DNA of 64,000 nucleotides from positions 4,888 through 68,887 of the IMG/VR virus record IMGVR_UViG_3300023174_004352; one strand, given 5' to 3'. Below are positions 50,551-58,813 of this stretch, piece by piece (the stretch's first letter is position 1; each line of letters begins with the position of its first letter). The position numbers and the translations under genes are program-made. The DNA comes from a virus. Under the pieces are notes generated by a model that was given only the letters and a program-made list of their open reading frames with translations, was not told the origin of the DNA and did not search any database.

Positions 50551-52457
50551 AACATAATGTATATGTATTGAGTTTTAGCGGGTGGAATGACTTCATTCCG
50601 GTCCTCTGGCCAAGTGCAAAAACACACTACGAGTTATATGGCAACTATCCAGAAAAATATAACTGGGTATTGCCCACGGTTGAATTTTATAGAGACATCC
50701 AAGAAATCAAAGATGAGATCAGCAAGAACCCACCGTCATTGTTTGGTGTGAGTTTGTATGTTTGGAATTATGAAAAGAGTCTTGCCATCTGTCGTTGGGT
50801 TAAAGAAACTTGGCCTGACTGTATTGTAATGACCGGCGGTCCGCATCAATACTTCAAGCATCACGGAGATTGGTTTAAGACTCATTGGTTTATTGATGCT
50901 AGTCTACCTAGCGAAGTCTACGGAGAGATAGCCATCACTGACATTCTCAATAATTACGAGAAAGGCAAAGTTAAATGGAATGCTGTTGAACAGATGGTAT
51001 ATCCTAGCAAGGATAAGAACATGGTTCTTCGAAGCCCCAAGGCAACGTACAAAAGAGACTTCGTATGGAATTTCTCATCTTTTGACACGCAGTATTCAGC
51101 AATAAAGCAGTACAGTGATTGTTACTACAGTAAATTCCCTAATGGTGCATTACACTCAAAGATAGAAACCACTCGCGGTTGTCCATATGAGTGTACCTTC
51201 TGCGACTGGGGCGGTGGTGTTGGCACCAAAGTAATTTTAAAAGATCTCGATTGTGTTAAACGTGACATCGACATACTGTTGGCTTGTGCCCCTACTAGCA
51301 TTTATATCTGCGATGCCAACTTTGGTATAAATCGAGACAGAGATGTTGCCATCGTACAATACATAGCCGATAAAAAACAAGAATCAAAAGATCCAAATTT
51401 TCCTAATGTGCAGTACGGTGGCTTTGCCAAAACTAACAAACACTTTGACACACTAAAGACTATATTCACTATAGAAGCTGAAAACGGCCTATCACAGGTT
51501 TATAAAATTTCACAGCAGAGTTTCAATGAAGATATTTTAAAAAATGTCAAACGCACTGACCTACGTGCTAACGAACATTTTGAGCTTGCAGAGTTTATGC
51601 GTACTACTTACGGGTACGAAGCCACGGTTGAATTGATTATGGGATTACCAGGAATCACTACAGACATATGGTACACAGAGTTTGATAAGCCTTATGAATG
51701 GAATACTCTTGTTAGAGCCTATGAATGGTACTTGCTCCCAGAGGCTGAAAGTTTTGATATCAAATATAGAAATGAGTTTGGAGTAGAAACTGCCAAGAAA
51801 TGGTTTAATAGAGAAGAATACACTATACCCTCGGAGGTAGTAGTTGGCGGCAAATCGTTTACTAGAGATGACTATAAAGAAATGATGATGACCTATACTT
51901 GGTACATCTTCTTTATGCAAAGCGGTGTATACAAATACACCATTAAAGATATACTAGAAAAAAATCAAATTAAATTTGGCGAGTTCCTTAAAAGATTTTA
52001 TAACCAATGCTACCCACGTTTACGATCAGCTAGTCTAGAATCATTCTCAAATTTTGAAAATCATTTAGAAGCGTTTGTCAAAGATGAAGTCAACGAAACA
52101 TTGCATAACATAACCTGGAAAAACGATCAAGGTCCCGACATACTGCATTTCGTTTATTTCATTATGGAGTATTTTAAACACTTTGAAACTCTATCACCTA
52201 TCTTTGAAGATTGGCTGGTAAATGATATGCAAGGCAATGCAAAAAAATGTGCAAGTGAGTCTGCTTTAATTATCAGCGAAAAACGTATGGGTACTACTCA
52301 TTACGGATTTTTATCTAAAGTAACATATGATCTATATCGTAATGAACAAGAGTTCATTGCCGACATTTTACGATCAAGTCAATATACCTACGGCAATCTT
52401 CTTCTTGGGTCGTGGAGTATTAGCATACATCCAAAGAGTTTATGGAAGACCAAGTAA
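50544..52457 (+). CDS. Class B (cobalamin-binding-type) radical SAM enzyme
   Basis: GVSLYVWN..MTGGPH..YGE; ETTRGCPYECTFCDW; DANFG; ELIMGLPG. Confidence 0.9.
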   Translation: MVKHNVYVLSFSGWNDFIPVLWPSAKTHYELYGNYPEKYNWVLPTVEFYRDIQEIKDEISKNPPSLFGVSLYVWNYEKSLAICRWVKETWPDCIVMTGGPHQYFKHHGDWFKTHWFIDASLPSEVYGEIAITDILNNYEKGKVKWNAVEQMVYPSKDKNMVLRSPKATYKRDFVWNFSSFDTQYSAIKQYSDCYYSKFPNGALHSKIETTRGCPYECTFCDWGGGVGTKVILKDLDCVKRDIDILLACAPTSIYICDANFGINRDRDVAIVQYIADKKQESKDPNFPNVQYGGFAKTNKHFDTLKTIFTIEAENGLSQVYKISQQSFNEDILKNVKRTDLRANEHFELAEFMRTTYGYEATVELIMGLPGITTDIWYTEFDKPYEWNTLVRAYEWYLLPEAESFDIKYRNEFGVETAKKWFNREEYTIPSEVVVGGKSFTRDDYKEMMMTYTWYIFFMQSGVYKYTIKDILEKNQIKFGEFLKRFYNQCYPRLRSASLESFSNFENHLEAFVKDEVNETLHNITWKNDQGPDILHFVYFIMEYFKHFETLSPIFEDWLVNDMQGNAKKCASESALIISEKRMGTTHYGFLSKVTYDLYRNEQEFIADILRSSQYTYGNLLLGSWSISIHPKSLWKTK

Positions 52458-53128
52458 AAGAATTTTACGGAGAAATTTGTTTTCCGGGACTATACTCTAT
52501 CGAGGATTTAAAATTCTACGATGCCGAATTAGTGAATCGGTATTTGCAAATCTATGACTATGTGGTAGGCGGGTCAACCTGCGTCCTTGACATTGGGTGT
52601 GGCAGCGGCTTTATTACAAATTTTTTAGCAAGGCGGCACCCGCATGTTAAATTTTATGCTATTGATTTTAGCACAAGTATACGATATGCTAAATCGTTTG
52701 CAGAGAAACACAATATCAATAATGTAACATGGATTGAAGCAGATTTTTTAACCTACAAGTTTAGTCAAGAATTTGATTGTGTGATTTCAAATGGAGTTGT
52801 GCATCACATGCCCGACTATACTGTTGCTGTGAAGAAGATAAAAAAACTATTATTGCCCCAGGGAAAATTAGCAATAGGGTTATATAACAAATATGGTAAA
52901 TTGGCCAAGAAAGTATTTCCGATTACCTATGTCAACAAAACATTATTTTTAGATCAAGAAAGAGCACCGTTTGAAATGAGTTTTTCAAATCAAGAAGTAC
53001 TAGATCTATTTCCAGAATTTGAGGTGCTTAAAATACATCCAGGTTATAAAAATTCTAAAGTGAATCTTTATAACCTGTTGAATTTCAAAAACGGCGGACT
53101 CACCGTTTACGTGTTTAGTTCAAGTTGA
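52442..53128 (+). CDS. Class I SAM-dependent methyltransferase
   Basis: VLDIGCGSG, AIDFS, FDCVISNGVVHH, LLPQG. Confidence 0.9.
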   Translation: MEDQVKEFYGEICFPGLYSIEDLKFYDAELVNRYLQIYDYVVGGSTCVLDIGCGSGFITNFLARRHPHVKFYAIDFSTSIRYAKSFAEKHNINNVTWIEADFLTYKFSQEFDCVISNGVVHHMPDYTVAVKKIKKLLLPQGKLAIGLYNKYGKLAKKVFPITYVNKTLFLDQERAPFEMSFSNQEVLDLFPEFEVLKIHPGYKNSKVNLYNLLNFKNGGLTVYVFSSS

Positions 53129-54788
53129 CCCAACCAGGGTTTGAACCACCTGCATCGTTTACATAGCCCATAAACTTACTTGTTGCTGTAATATAAACCA
53201 TCATGCCCGGCGACGGAGCAGTAATAAATGCATCCCTGGCAGTAGTAGTAGCATATACTCCTGGCTGGATAATTGGCGCAGTTAAAACACCGTTTGATCC
53301 ATAGGCCATAACATTATTTAGATCAATGCTAGAACCGTTAGAAACGTTGATAACAAATGCAGATGGTACATAGTTAGAACCACTAACAACAGTTCCATCT
53401 GGATCAACAATAAACCCAGCATAGCCACCGTAGCCAAATTTTGAACCATTGTATGCAGATGCCTCTAGGCCTCCATAAAAATCTGAAGGGGCAACGGATG
53501 TTGGACTAGCCAATGAACCACGGGATGCTTGTAATTTAATCCAAGCACCGTTAAAATCTCCTGCAAATGCTGACGTTACACCTTTAACAAATAAAGAGCC
53601 TTTGCCTTCGTTGGATATTCTAATGTCGCCATCACCAGGGTTACCGCTGGCATTGGTAGCTTTAATATCCATACCACCGTTATTAGCAGTGATATTTAAA
53701 ATACTGAATCCAGTCTTGCTTACATCGCCAGTCAGATTACCGTTGAATGTTCCTGTAAATGCTTTAGTCGAAGCAGAAAACACCACACTATTATCAGCAG
53801 CCAGGATGTTGCCTTTGATATCTCCTGTTACGTTACCAGTAACAGCGCCAGTGAATAGTGCTGTAGCTCCTGCTGTATTCAAAATTGTTGTACTGGTGTT
53901 TGAAGAAATTAGATTTCCTGTTACGTTACCAGTTAGGTTACCTGTTACATTACCAGTAACAGCGCCAGTATATGTTGCAGAGGCACCGGATGTGTTTAAT
54001 ATTGTTGCTGCGGTATTTGAAGAAATTATGTTGCCGGTTACGTTACCAGTCACATTACCTGTTAAAGTTCCAGTGAACGCTTTGGTTGATGCATTATAGG
54101 CAATTGTACCATCAAGAGCTTTTAGAGAGCCTTTTAACGTGTTATTATCGGAATCAACAATCACACTGCTATTTGCTCCGATAATATTGATCCTGTAGTT
54201 GCTGCCGTCAATAACGCCGTCACCTGTACCTGTGCCTGTACCGATTACTACTCCACCAACTGTAGATCCAGCTGGCAAATTGATACGTGAACTAGTAGCA
54301 CTGATTGTTGCTGAACCAATTTTAACAGTTCCGCCTACATATACATTGTTAAATGGAATTGCTAAACTTCCTAGATCTGGTCCAAAAGATTTAGGAATAA
54401 TGTCATCGACAACGGTCCCATTTAAATTGATGAATCCCTGTAATGCGTCGACTAGCAAAGAGCTGTCATCGGCTACTACACTGCCATTGAATGCAGATGC
54501 TCTAATAACGCCCTGATAGTTTGAAAGATCCGGGTTTATAGTAGCGTTTATTCTATTGTAGCTTGGTTCGTATACAAACGAAATTCCTGTATGTACACCT
54601 GTTGTGAACATTGTGGCTGAGACATTGCGAATGTCGCCTGGAGAAAGATTGACTGCTGCAAGACCACCGCTTGTGGTGCCGTTACCGACATAAATTCCAC
54701 CTGTGGTAGTGTCATAGATCAGCTCTCCTGGTAATGGAACTATCGCTGTTCTCTGCGTGGTCGTTCCTCTTCTAATCTGTAAAGGCAT
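53115..54788 (-). CDS. Tail fibre-like structural protein
   Basis: MPLQIRRGT...GELIYDT..IYVGNG N-terminal module; TGNVTGN repeats; upstream TAAATA and AGGAG. Confidence 0.8.
   Translation of the reverse strand: MPLQIRRGTTTQRTAIVPLPGELIYDTTTGGIYVGNGTTSGGLAAVNLSPGDIRNVSATMFTTGVHTGISFVYEPSYNRINATINPDLSNYQGVIRASAFNGSVVADDSSLLVDALQGFINLNGTVVDDIIPKSFGPDLGSLAIPFNNVYVGGTVKIGSATISATSSRINLPAGSTVGGVVIGTGTGTGDGVIDGSNYRINIIGANSSVIVDSDNNTLKGSLKALDGTIAYNASTKAFTGTLTGNVTGNVTGNIISSNTAATILNTSGASATYTGAVTGNVTGNLTGNVTGNLISSNTSTTILNTAGATALFTGAVTGNVTGDIKGNILAADNSVVFSASTKAFTGTFNGNLTGDVSKTGFSILNITANNGGMDIKATNASGNPGDGDIRISNEGKGSLFVKGVTSAFAGDFNGAWIKLQASRGSLASPTSVAPSDFYGGLEASAYNGSKFGYGGYAGFIVDPDGTVVSGSNYVPSAFVINVSNGSSIDLNNVMAYGSNGVLTAPIIQPGVYATTTARDAFITAPSPGMMVYITATSKFMGYVNDAGGSNPGWVNLN
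53740..54080 (-). repeat. Internal tandem peptide repeats (TGNVTGN / ISSNTxxTILNT) in the fibre gene
   Basis: Repeated units visible in both protein and DNA (ttaccagtaacagcgccagt occurs twice). Confidence 0.8.
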
Positions 54789-54853
54789 GCTTAAACTCCT
54801 GGGTAATCGTGTCCTATGTTATATTTATGCCTGTGGTTCTAGAACGCAGAGTC

Positions 54854-54882
54854 AAAAAAATAGGGCCCGTAGGCCCTATTTT
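54854..54882 (-). terminator. Rho-independent terminator
   Basis: AAAAUAGGGCC-UACG-GGCCCUAUUUUUUU: GC stem, UNCG loop, U tract. Confidence 0.9.
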
Positions 54883-54894
54883 AAGCTACTATTA

Positions 54895-55500
54895 TTACAT
54901 AGTAGGTCCGTTACCATTCTTAAATCCTATCGATCCACCTTCTGCTTCGATGCGCTTTATAACATCTTCAAACAATATAGGTGCAAAATCAGGGGTTTGT
55001 TCTACACAAACGCAATGGTAGCGTGGATCAATTTCATCACTGTATAAAATTTCACCAGTTTTAGCATCAACTCCACGGGCTTTACGCACACGGTTTGCGT
55101 GTAAGTGTCCGTGAATGTTTACACCAAAACGACCCATACTTTCGCTATGCAACGGAATATGACTTAAAATCATACCGTTCATAACATGGTATGCACGTAA
55201 CTCTCTAAAGTGAGCACGGTAGTCCTCATCCTTAAAGATATCGTGGTTTCCACGGATCAATACCTTATCTCCGTTTAACCTGCGCATAATGCCTAAGGCT
55301 TTACGGTTGATAACCACATCACCTAAGTGATAGACTTTGTCAGTGGGCTTGACCCGTTCGTTCCAGGCCTTGACCATTGCTTCGTCCATCTCGTCGGCGT
55401 CGTCCCACGGACGTAATTTTGTAACACCATCGTTACGTGTAAAGCGGCATACACCTGTGTGTCCAAAGTGCGTGTCGCTTACTAAGAATACACTTGGCAT
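54895..55500 (-). CDS. Calcineurin-like metallophosphoesterase
   Basis: SDTHFGH, LGD, GNHD, SHIP, HGHLH. Confidence 0.92.
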   Translation of the reverse strand: MPSVFLVSDTHFGHTGVCRFTRNDGVTKLRPWDDADEMDEAMVKAWNERVKPTDKVYHLGDVVINRKALGIMRRLNGDKVLIRGNHDIFKDEDYRAHFRELRAYHVMNGMILSHIPLHSESMGRFGVNIHGHLHANRVRKARGVDAKTGEILYSDEIDPRYHCVCVEQTPDFAPILFEDVIKRIEAEGGSIGFKNGNGPTM

Positions 55501-55513
55501 ATCTGCCTCCTTT

Positions 55514-55684
55514 TTAGTAAACTTCTTTTACAATTTTAAATTCCGTTTCGGGATACTTTGCTTTGAACTCTTCGGTTTTTACAAACTCGTTAAACTCTTT
55601 TGCGTTAAAAAACATACGATGAAACACAGATTTGTGATCCATTGTAGTCACTGTAAGATAAACCGATTTCGCCTTGCCTGCCAT
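55514..55684 (-). CDS. Small hypothetical protein, 56 aa (not in ORF track)
   Basis: MAGKAKSVYLTV...FKIVKEVY; AAGGA RBS. Confidence 0.65.
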   Translation of the reverse strand: MAGKAKSVYLTVTTMDHKSVFHRMFFNAKEFNEFVKTEEFKAKYPETEFKIVKEVY

Positions 55685-55693
55685 TGGGTTCCT

Positions 55694-56098
55694 TTATTCT
55701 TGGATTGATTTTCTAAAAACTAGCTCTTGTCTTGCAAATGCATCTTGTTCCCAGGGGCAATCTAAGTACTTGGTCTTTTTGGAATAGCGTTTGCCTTTCC
55801 AATAGTTTACGCCATTCTTAGATTTAAGAATGCCCTTAGCAAATTGTCGAACATGTACCATTTCGTGTGCTAGAGTAAGTCCAATGTCTTTGATAGACAT
55901 TGTGGGTTTAATAATTACAACATAACTGTCTAGAAGATCAATCGGTACTGTATACCCCATGCCTTCGCAGTCTTGTTCTAATTTGATAAACACTGACTTT
56001 CGACTGTTAGTCAATCCAAGCTGTGCAACCATAGAAGGAAGAATAGCTTCTATAAACTTCTTCTTCTTTTGGCTACGTGCTTCAACTCGATAATCCAT
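55694..56098 (-). CDS. Zincin-like metallopeptidase
   Basis: LAHEMVHVRQ (HExxH), PWEQDA. Confidence 0.8.
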   Translation of the reverse strand: MDYRVEARSQKKKKFIEAILPSMVAQLGLTNSRKSVFIKLEQDCEGMGYTVPIDLLDSYVVIIKPTMSIKDIGLTLAHEMVHVRQFAKGILKSKNGVNYWKGKRYSKKTKYLDCPWEQDAFARQELVFRKSIQE

Positions 56099-56123
56099 GA
56101 TCGCCCCTTGTTGCTATAAGACT

Positions 56124-56152
56124 ATTATAACATCAAAGGGCGGGATTGTCAA
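56124..56152 (-). promoter_or_regulatory. Consensus sigma70 promoter TTGACA-N17-TATAAT
   Basis: Perfect hexamers. Confidence 0.9.
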
Positions 56153-56155
56153 GTG

Positions 56156-56464
56156 TTAGGCAATCATCCAATCTAAATCGTCTTTTACTTCAATACTTTC
56201 GTTTCCGTCGTACTCGTGAATGCGAAAGAGTGTGCCAGGACGCAACCAAGCAACTTGGAGAGTGTCTATTCCACCTTTATAAACATCTGGATACTTTAGA
56301 TGAATATAAGTTTGAAGCTTCTCAAAATCTTCTTCGTCGACCATTTTAACAATAGCCGGATCGTATACTAATTCTGGATGCTCTTGATTCCATGTAAACC
56401 ACCCAGCACCAAAACCAGGAGAGTATACAATGCCTACTAGGCCATCTTTTTCTAATTTTTTCAT
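56156..56464 (-). CDS. Conserved phage hypothetical protein
   Basis: YSPGFGAGW.TW...EYDG.E motif. Confidence 0.75.
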   Translation of the reverse strand: MKKLEKDGLVGIVYSPGFGAGWFTWNQEHPELVYDPAIVKMVDEEDFEKLQTYIHLKYPDVYKGGIDTLQVAWLRPGTLFRIHEYDGNESIEVKDDLDWMIA

Positions 56465-56949
56465 TAGATATCTCCTTCATGCACTTTGTTTGGAGTTATA
56501 AAACCCCACTCGTTTACTGTACCGTTTACGTCATAGGACTTTTCTTGTTCATCATAAGTCCAACCTAACACTCGCATCATTTTATGTTTGACCAGCAGGT
56601 TAGGCACACGGAAACGCTCGCAATCATTGAAGCCCATCATAACGCCGACTTCACAGACAGCACCACTACGACAAATACCAGCATGGCAGTGAACAACCAC
56701 ATTCATGCGATTTTCTTGTGCGTGTTGCAACAATTGGACAAGTTCTGCAGCCTGTTCATCTGTGATGGCAAAATCACCTTCTTGCTCAATGTCCAAAAAA
56801 GTAAACTGATGCACTTCTTTGAACTTGTGTTTGGGAGTAGGGAATGCCATGTCATGATCAGAAATTTGGATCAACATGCTGTTCTCACCACAGGCGTGAT
56901 GTTGTCCCTTTGCTACATTTTCCAACGGTATGTTTTCAATCCAAGGCAT
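56464..56949 (-). CDS. Cys-dependent (PTP/DSP-type) phosphatase
   Basis: VVVHCHAGICRSG (HCX5R). Confidence 0.88.
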   Translation of the reverse strand: MPWIENIPLENVAKGQHHACGENSMLIQISDHDMAFPTPKHKFKEVHQFTFLDIEQEGDFAITDEQAAELVQLLQHAQENRMNVVVHCHAGICRSGAVCEVGVMMGFNDCERFRVPNLLVKHKMMRVLGWTYDEQEKSYDVNGTVNEWGFITPNKVHEGDI

Positions 56950-56958
56950 CTTATACTC

Positions 56959-57150
56959 CTAGCATTCTATGTCAATTTTATGACCTTTGTCTAATCCCAA
57001 ACGAATATTTCTGCGTATTCGTTCTGCTACTATTTCATCAAACTTGCGTTTTTCTACTAGCTTGCGATAGTCTTCGTCTCTTTTTGTTTGTAGGCGTTCT
57101 TGTTCTACGTTATATCTTATAAGAGCCTGCTGTGTTCTTGATATCTGCAT
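56959..57150 (-). CDS. Small hypothetical protein
   Basis: Start MQISRTQQ with GGAG RBS. Confidence 0.6.
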   Translation of the reverse strand: MQISRTQQALIRYNVEQERLQTKRDEDYRKLVEKRKFDEIVAERIRRNIRLGLDKGHKIDIEC

Positions 57151-57391
57151 TATAATCGCTCCGTTTAACACGACCGATTCGACTGGCCTTGTTCCAATCG
57201 TATTTAATGCCATCTGGGCAAACACCATCTTTGATACTGTCTACACCAAACACTCCCCGCACTTCAAATTCTGGGCCTTGAATAATTACAAATTTTCCAA
57301 AGGCCTTAGCAAGATCCATTGCCTCGTCTAAGCCTAGACAATAGGCAAGCTGTACGCCATCCTTGCTGAATACTTTATACACTGTTTCCAT
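57110..57391 (-). CDS. Hypothetical protein
   Basis: 93-aa ORF within the operon. Confidence 0.65.
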   Translation of the reverse strand: METVYKVFSKDGVQLAYCLGLDEAMDLAKAFGKFVIIQGPEFEVRGVFGVDSIKDGVCPDGIKYDWNKASRIGRVKRSDYNADIKNTAGSYKI

Positions 57392-57632
57392 TCATTTTTC
57401 TTTTCTTTTCTGTTATTTCTTGACAGGTGATACACATTGTACAACCTTTGACTGCTAGCCTACGTGCTTCTGGAATAGACTCGCCACATTCTTCACATTC
57501 TTCCAAACTAGGCCCTGTAGGCATTTTGGCACGATGTTCTGCAAGAGCACGATCGTTCATCTGTAGGGCAAGGATCTGTGCAATCTCTGCTTCTTCTTCG
57601 TTGTTAAATTCAAAGGTGTTATCAATTGACAT
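57375..57632 (-). CDS. TraR/DksA-family C4 zinc-finger RNA polymerase regulator
   Basis: CEECGESIPEARRLAVKGCTMCITCQE; acidic N-terminal helix. Confidence 0.9.
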   Translation of the reverse strand: MSIDNTFEFNNEEEAEIAQILALQMNDRALAEHRAKMPTGPSLEECEECGESIPEARRLAVKGCTMCITCQEITEKKRKMNGNSV

Positions 57633-57662
57633 ATAGGTCCTCGTTTGTTTTCATGTGCTAAT

Positions 57663-57691
57663 ATTATAGCACCGTTGTGTGGATTTGTCAA
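57663..57691 (-). promoter_or_regulatory. Consensus sigma70 promoter TTGACA-N17-TATAAT
   Basis: Perfect hexamers. Confidence 0.9.
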
Positions 57692-57704
57692 GAGGAGAAT
57701 TGAA

Positions 57705-57943
57705 TATTGATAGTAATTATGAAGATTTGGTTCGCTAAATTATCAGCATGGCCACCCAGATACTCGTAGTATCTGCTTCAACAGTCCAGCCTAACACGGA
57801 ATCAGTGATGCTCAATCTTACATACCACGAACATGCTTGATCTTATTGCAACGAATCAAAGGTTTATAACCTTATTATTTGACCCCTCCCGGTGTCTCTT
57901 TAACCCTTTCGGTGATTCATCTGACCTTAAACTACTATCAATA
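57705..57943 (-). ncRNA. Candidate structured ncRNA (~240 nt) downstream of tRNA-Gly(GCC)
   Basis: Closed by an 11-bp inverted repeat TATTGATAGTA/TACTATCAATA; several internal stems; no ORF of 60 aa or more. Confidence 0.6.
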
Positions 57944-57946
57944 ACT

Positions 57947-58020
57947 TGGAGCGGGATAGGAGAATCGAACTCCTGACTAAACCTTGGCAAGGTTTCGTTT
58001 GACCATTAAACTAATCCCGC
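57947..58020 (-). tRNA. tRNA-Gly(GCC)
   Basis: Cloverleaf, AAACC-UUGCCAA-GGUUU anticodon arm, encoded CCA. Confidence 0.95.
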
Positions 58021-58027
58021 ATAGATC

Positions 58028-58102
58028 TGGTCCGGCGTACAGGAATCGAACCTGTATCTATAGCTTAGAAGGCTACTGCACTATCCATTGTGCTAACGCC
58101 AG
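58028..58102 (-). tRNA. tRNA-Arg(UCU)
   Basis: Cloverleaf, GUAGC-CUUCUAA-GCUAU anticodon arm, encoded CCA. Confidence 0.95.
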
Positions 58103-58109
58103 ATGTACT

Positions 58110-58138
58110 ATTATAGCATCAAATATATTCGATGTCAA
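58110..58138 (-). promoter_or_regulatory. Consensus sigma70 promoter for the tRNA-Arg/tRNA-Gly/ncRNA unit
   Basis: TTGACA-N17-TATAAT. Confidence 0.9.
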
Positions 58139-58694
58139 CTGCTAATATAAATCTATATTGATCACTTTGTACGATACCTGGCCTATGCCAAATGCTGCTA
58201 GGATAAATCAGCCAGCTGTAGTCACTAGGTCGAACAAAAAGTTTGCCTTCTTGTTCAGGTCCGTTTAGTGCCATCTCTGTGCCGCATGTATCTCTGTCTG
58301 CAACATCATCTGGAATATGCAAATAAAAAAGCCCACTTAGCATTTTACTATTTGGATTTTGTGGATGCCAATGATGATGCCAAAGTTTTTCACGGTCTTC
58401 GGCACCGTCTAGATTGGTCATAAAACTCCACGCCATCATGTTTGATACTTTTGCTTCTTTGCCCAGGTACATGAAAACGCTGAACAAAAAACTCATACGA
58501 TACTTTAACCAAATTGGCTCAGGTCGTGCAAAAAGATTTTCTTTAGTTTGGTATCTTGGACTGTTGGTAAAGTAGTTGCCGCTGGCAACAATATCTTTAA
58601 CAATTTCGATTATTTCAAGATTATCTTTTTCTGTAATTGTTGAACTGAAATCGAACTTTCTAAAAAGTTCGTCTTGATCTATTACCGTTGTCAT
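58119..58694 (-). CDS. 2OG-Fe(II) oxygenase-like protein
   Basis: WHHH...SGLFYLHIP...GTE...IYPSSIWHRP...RFILA. Confidence 0.75.
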   Translation of the reverse strand: MTTVIDQDELFRKFDFSSTITEKDNLEIIEIVKDIVASGNYFTNSPRYQTKENLFARPEPIWLKYRMSFLFSVFMYLGKEAKVSNMMAWSFMTNLDGAEDREKLWHHHWHPQNPNSKMLSGLFYLHIPDDVADRDTCGTEMALNGPEQEGKLFVRPSDYSWLIYPSSIWHRPGIVQSDQYRFILAVDIEYI

Positions 58695-58702
58695 GTTATC
58701 CT

Positions 58703-58776
58703 TGGAGCGGAGTGAGAGAATCGAACTCTCGACCGAAGATTGGAAATCTGCTGTTTTGCCATTAAACTAACCCCGC
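58703..58776 (-). tRNA. tRNA-Gly(UCC)
   Basis: Cloverleaf, anticodon loop UUUCCAA, encoded CCA. Confidence 0.93.
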
Positions 58777-58784
58777 ATGTATGT

Positions 58785-58813
58785 ATTATATAGCATCTAC
58801 TATATAATGTCAA
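58785..58813 (-). promoter_or_regulatory. Consensus sigma70 promoter for tRNA-Gly(UCC)
   Basis: TTGACA-N17-TATAAT. Confidence 0.9.

Noticed and set aside
20304-53128. RiPP cluster interpretation of the SPASM/twitch radical SAMs
   Set aside because: No short precursor ORF, RRE/PqqD domain, peptidase or exporter is visible, and intergenic space is nearly absent; a precursor elsewhere cannot be excluded
53602-54516. Plus-strand ORFs of 165 and 105 aa
   Set aside because: Antisense shadows of the repetitive fibre gene
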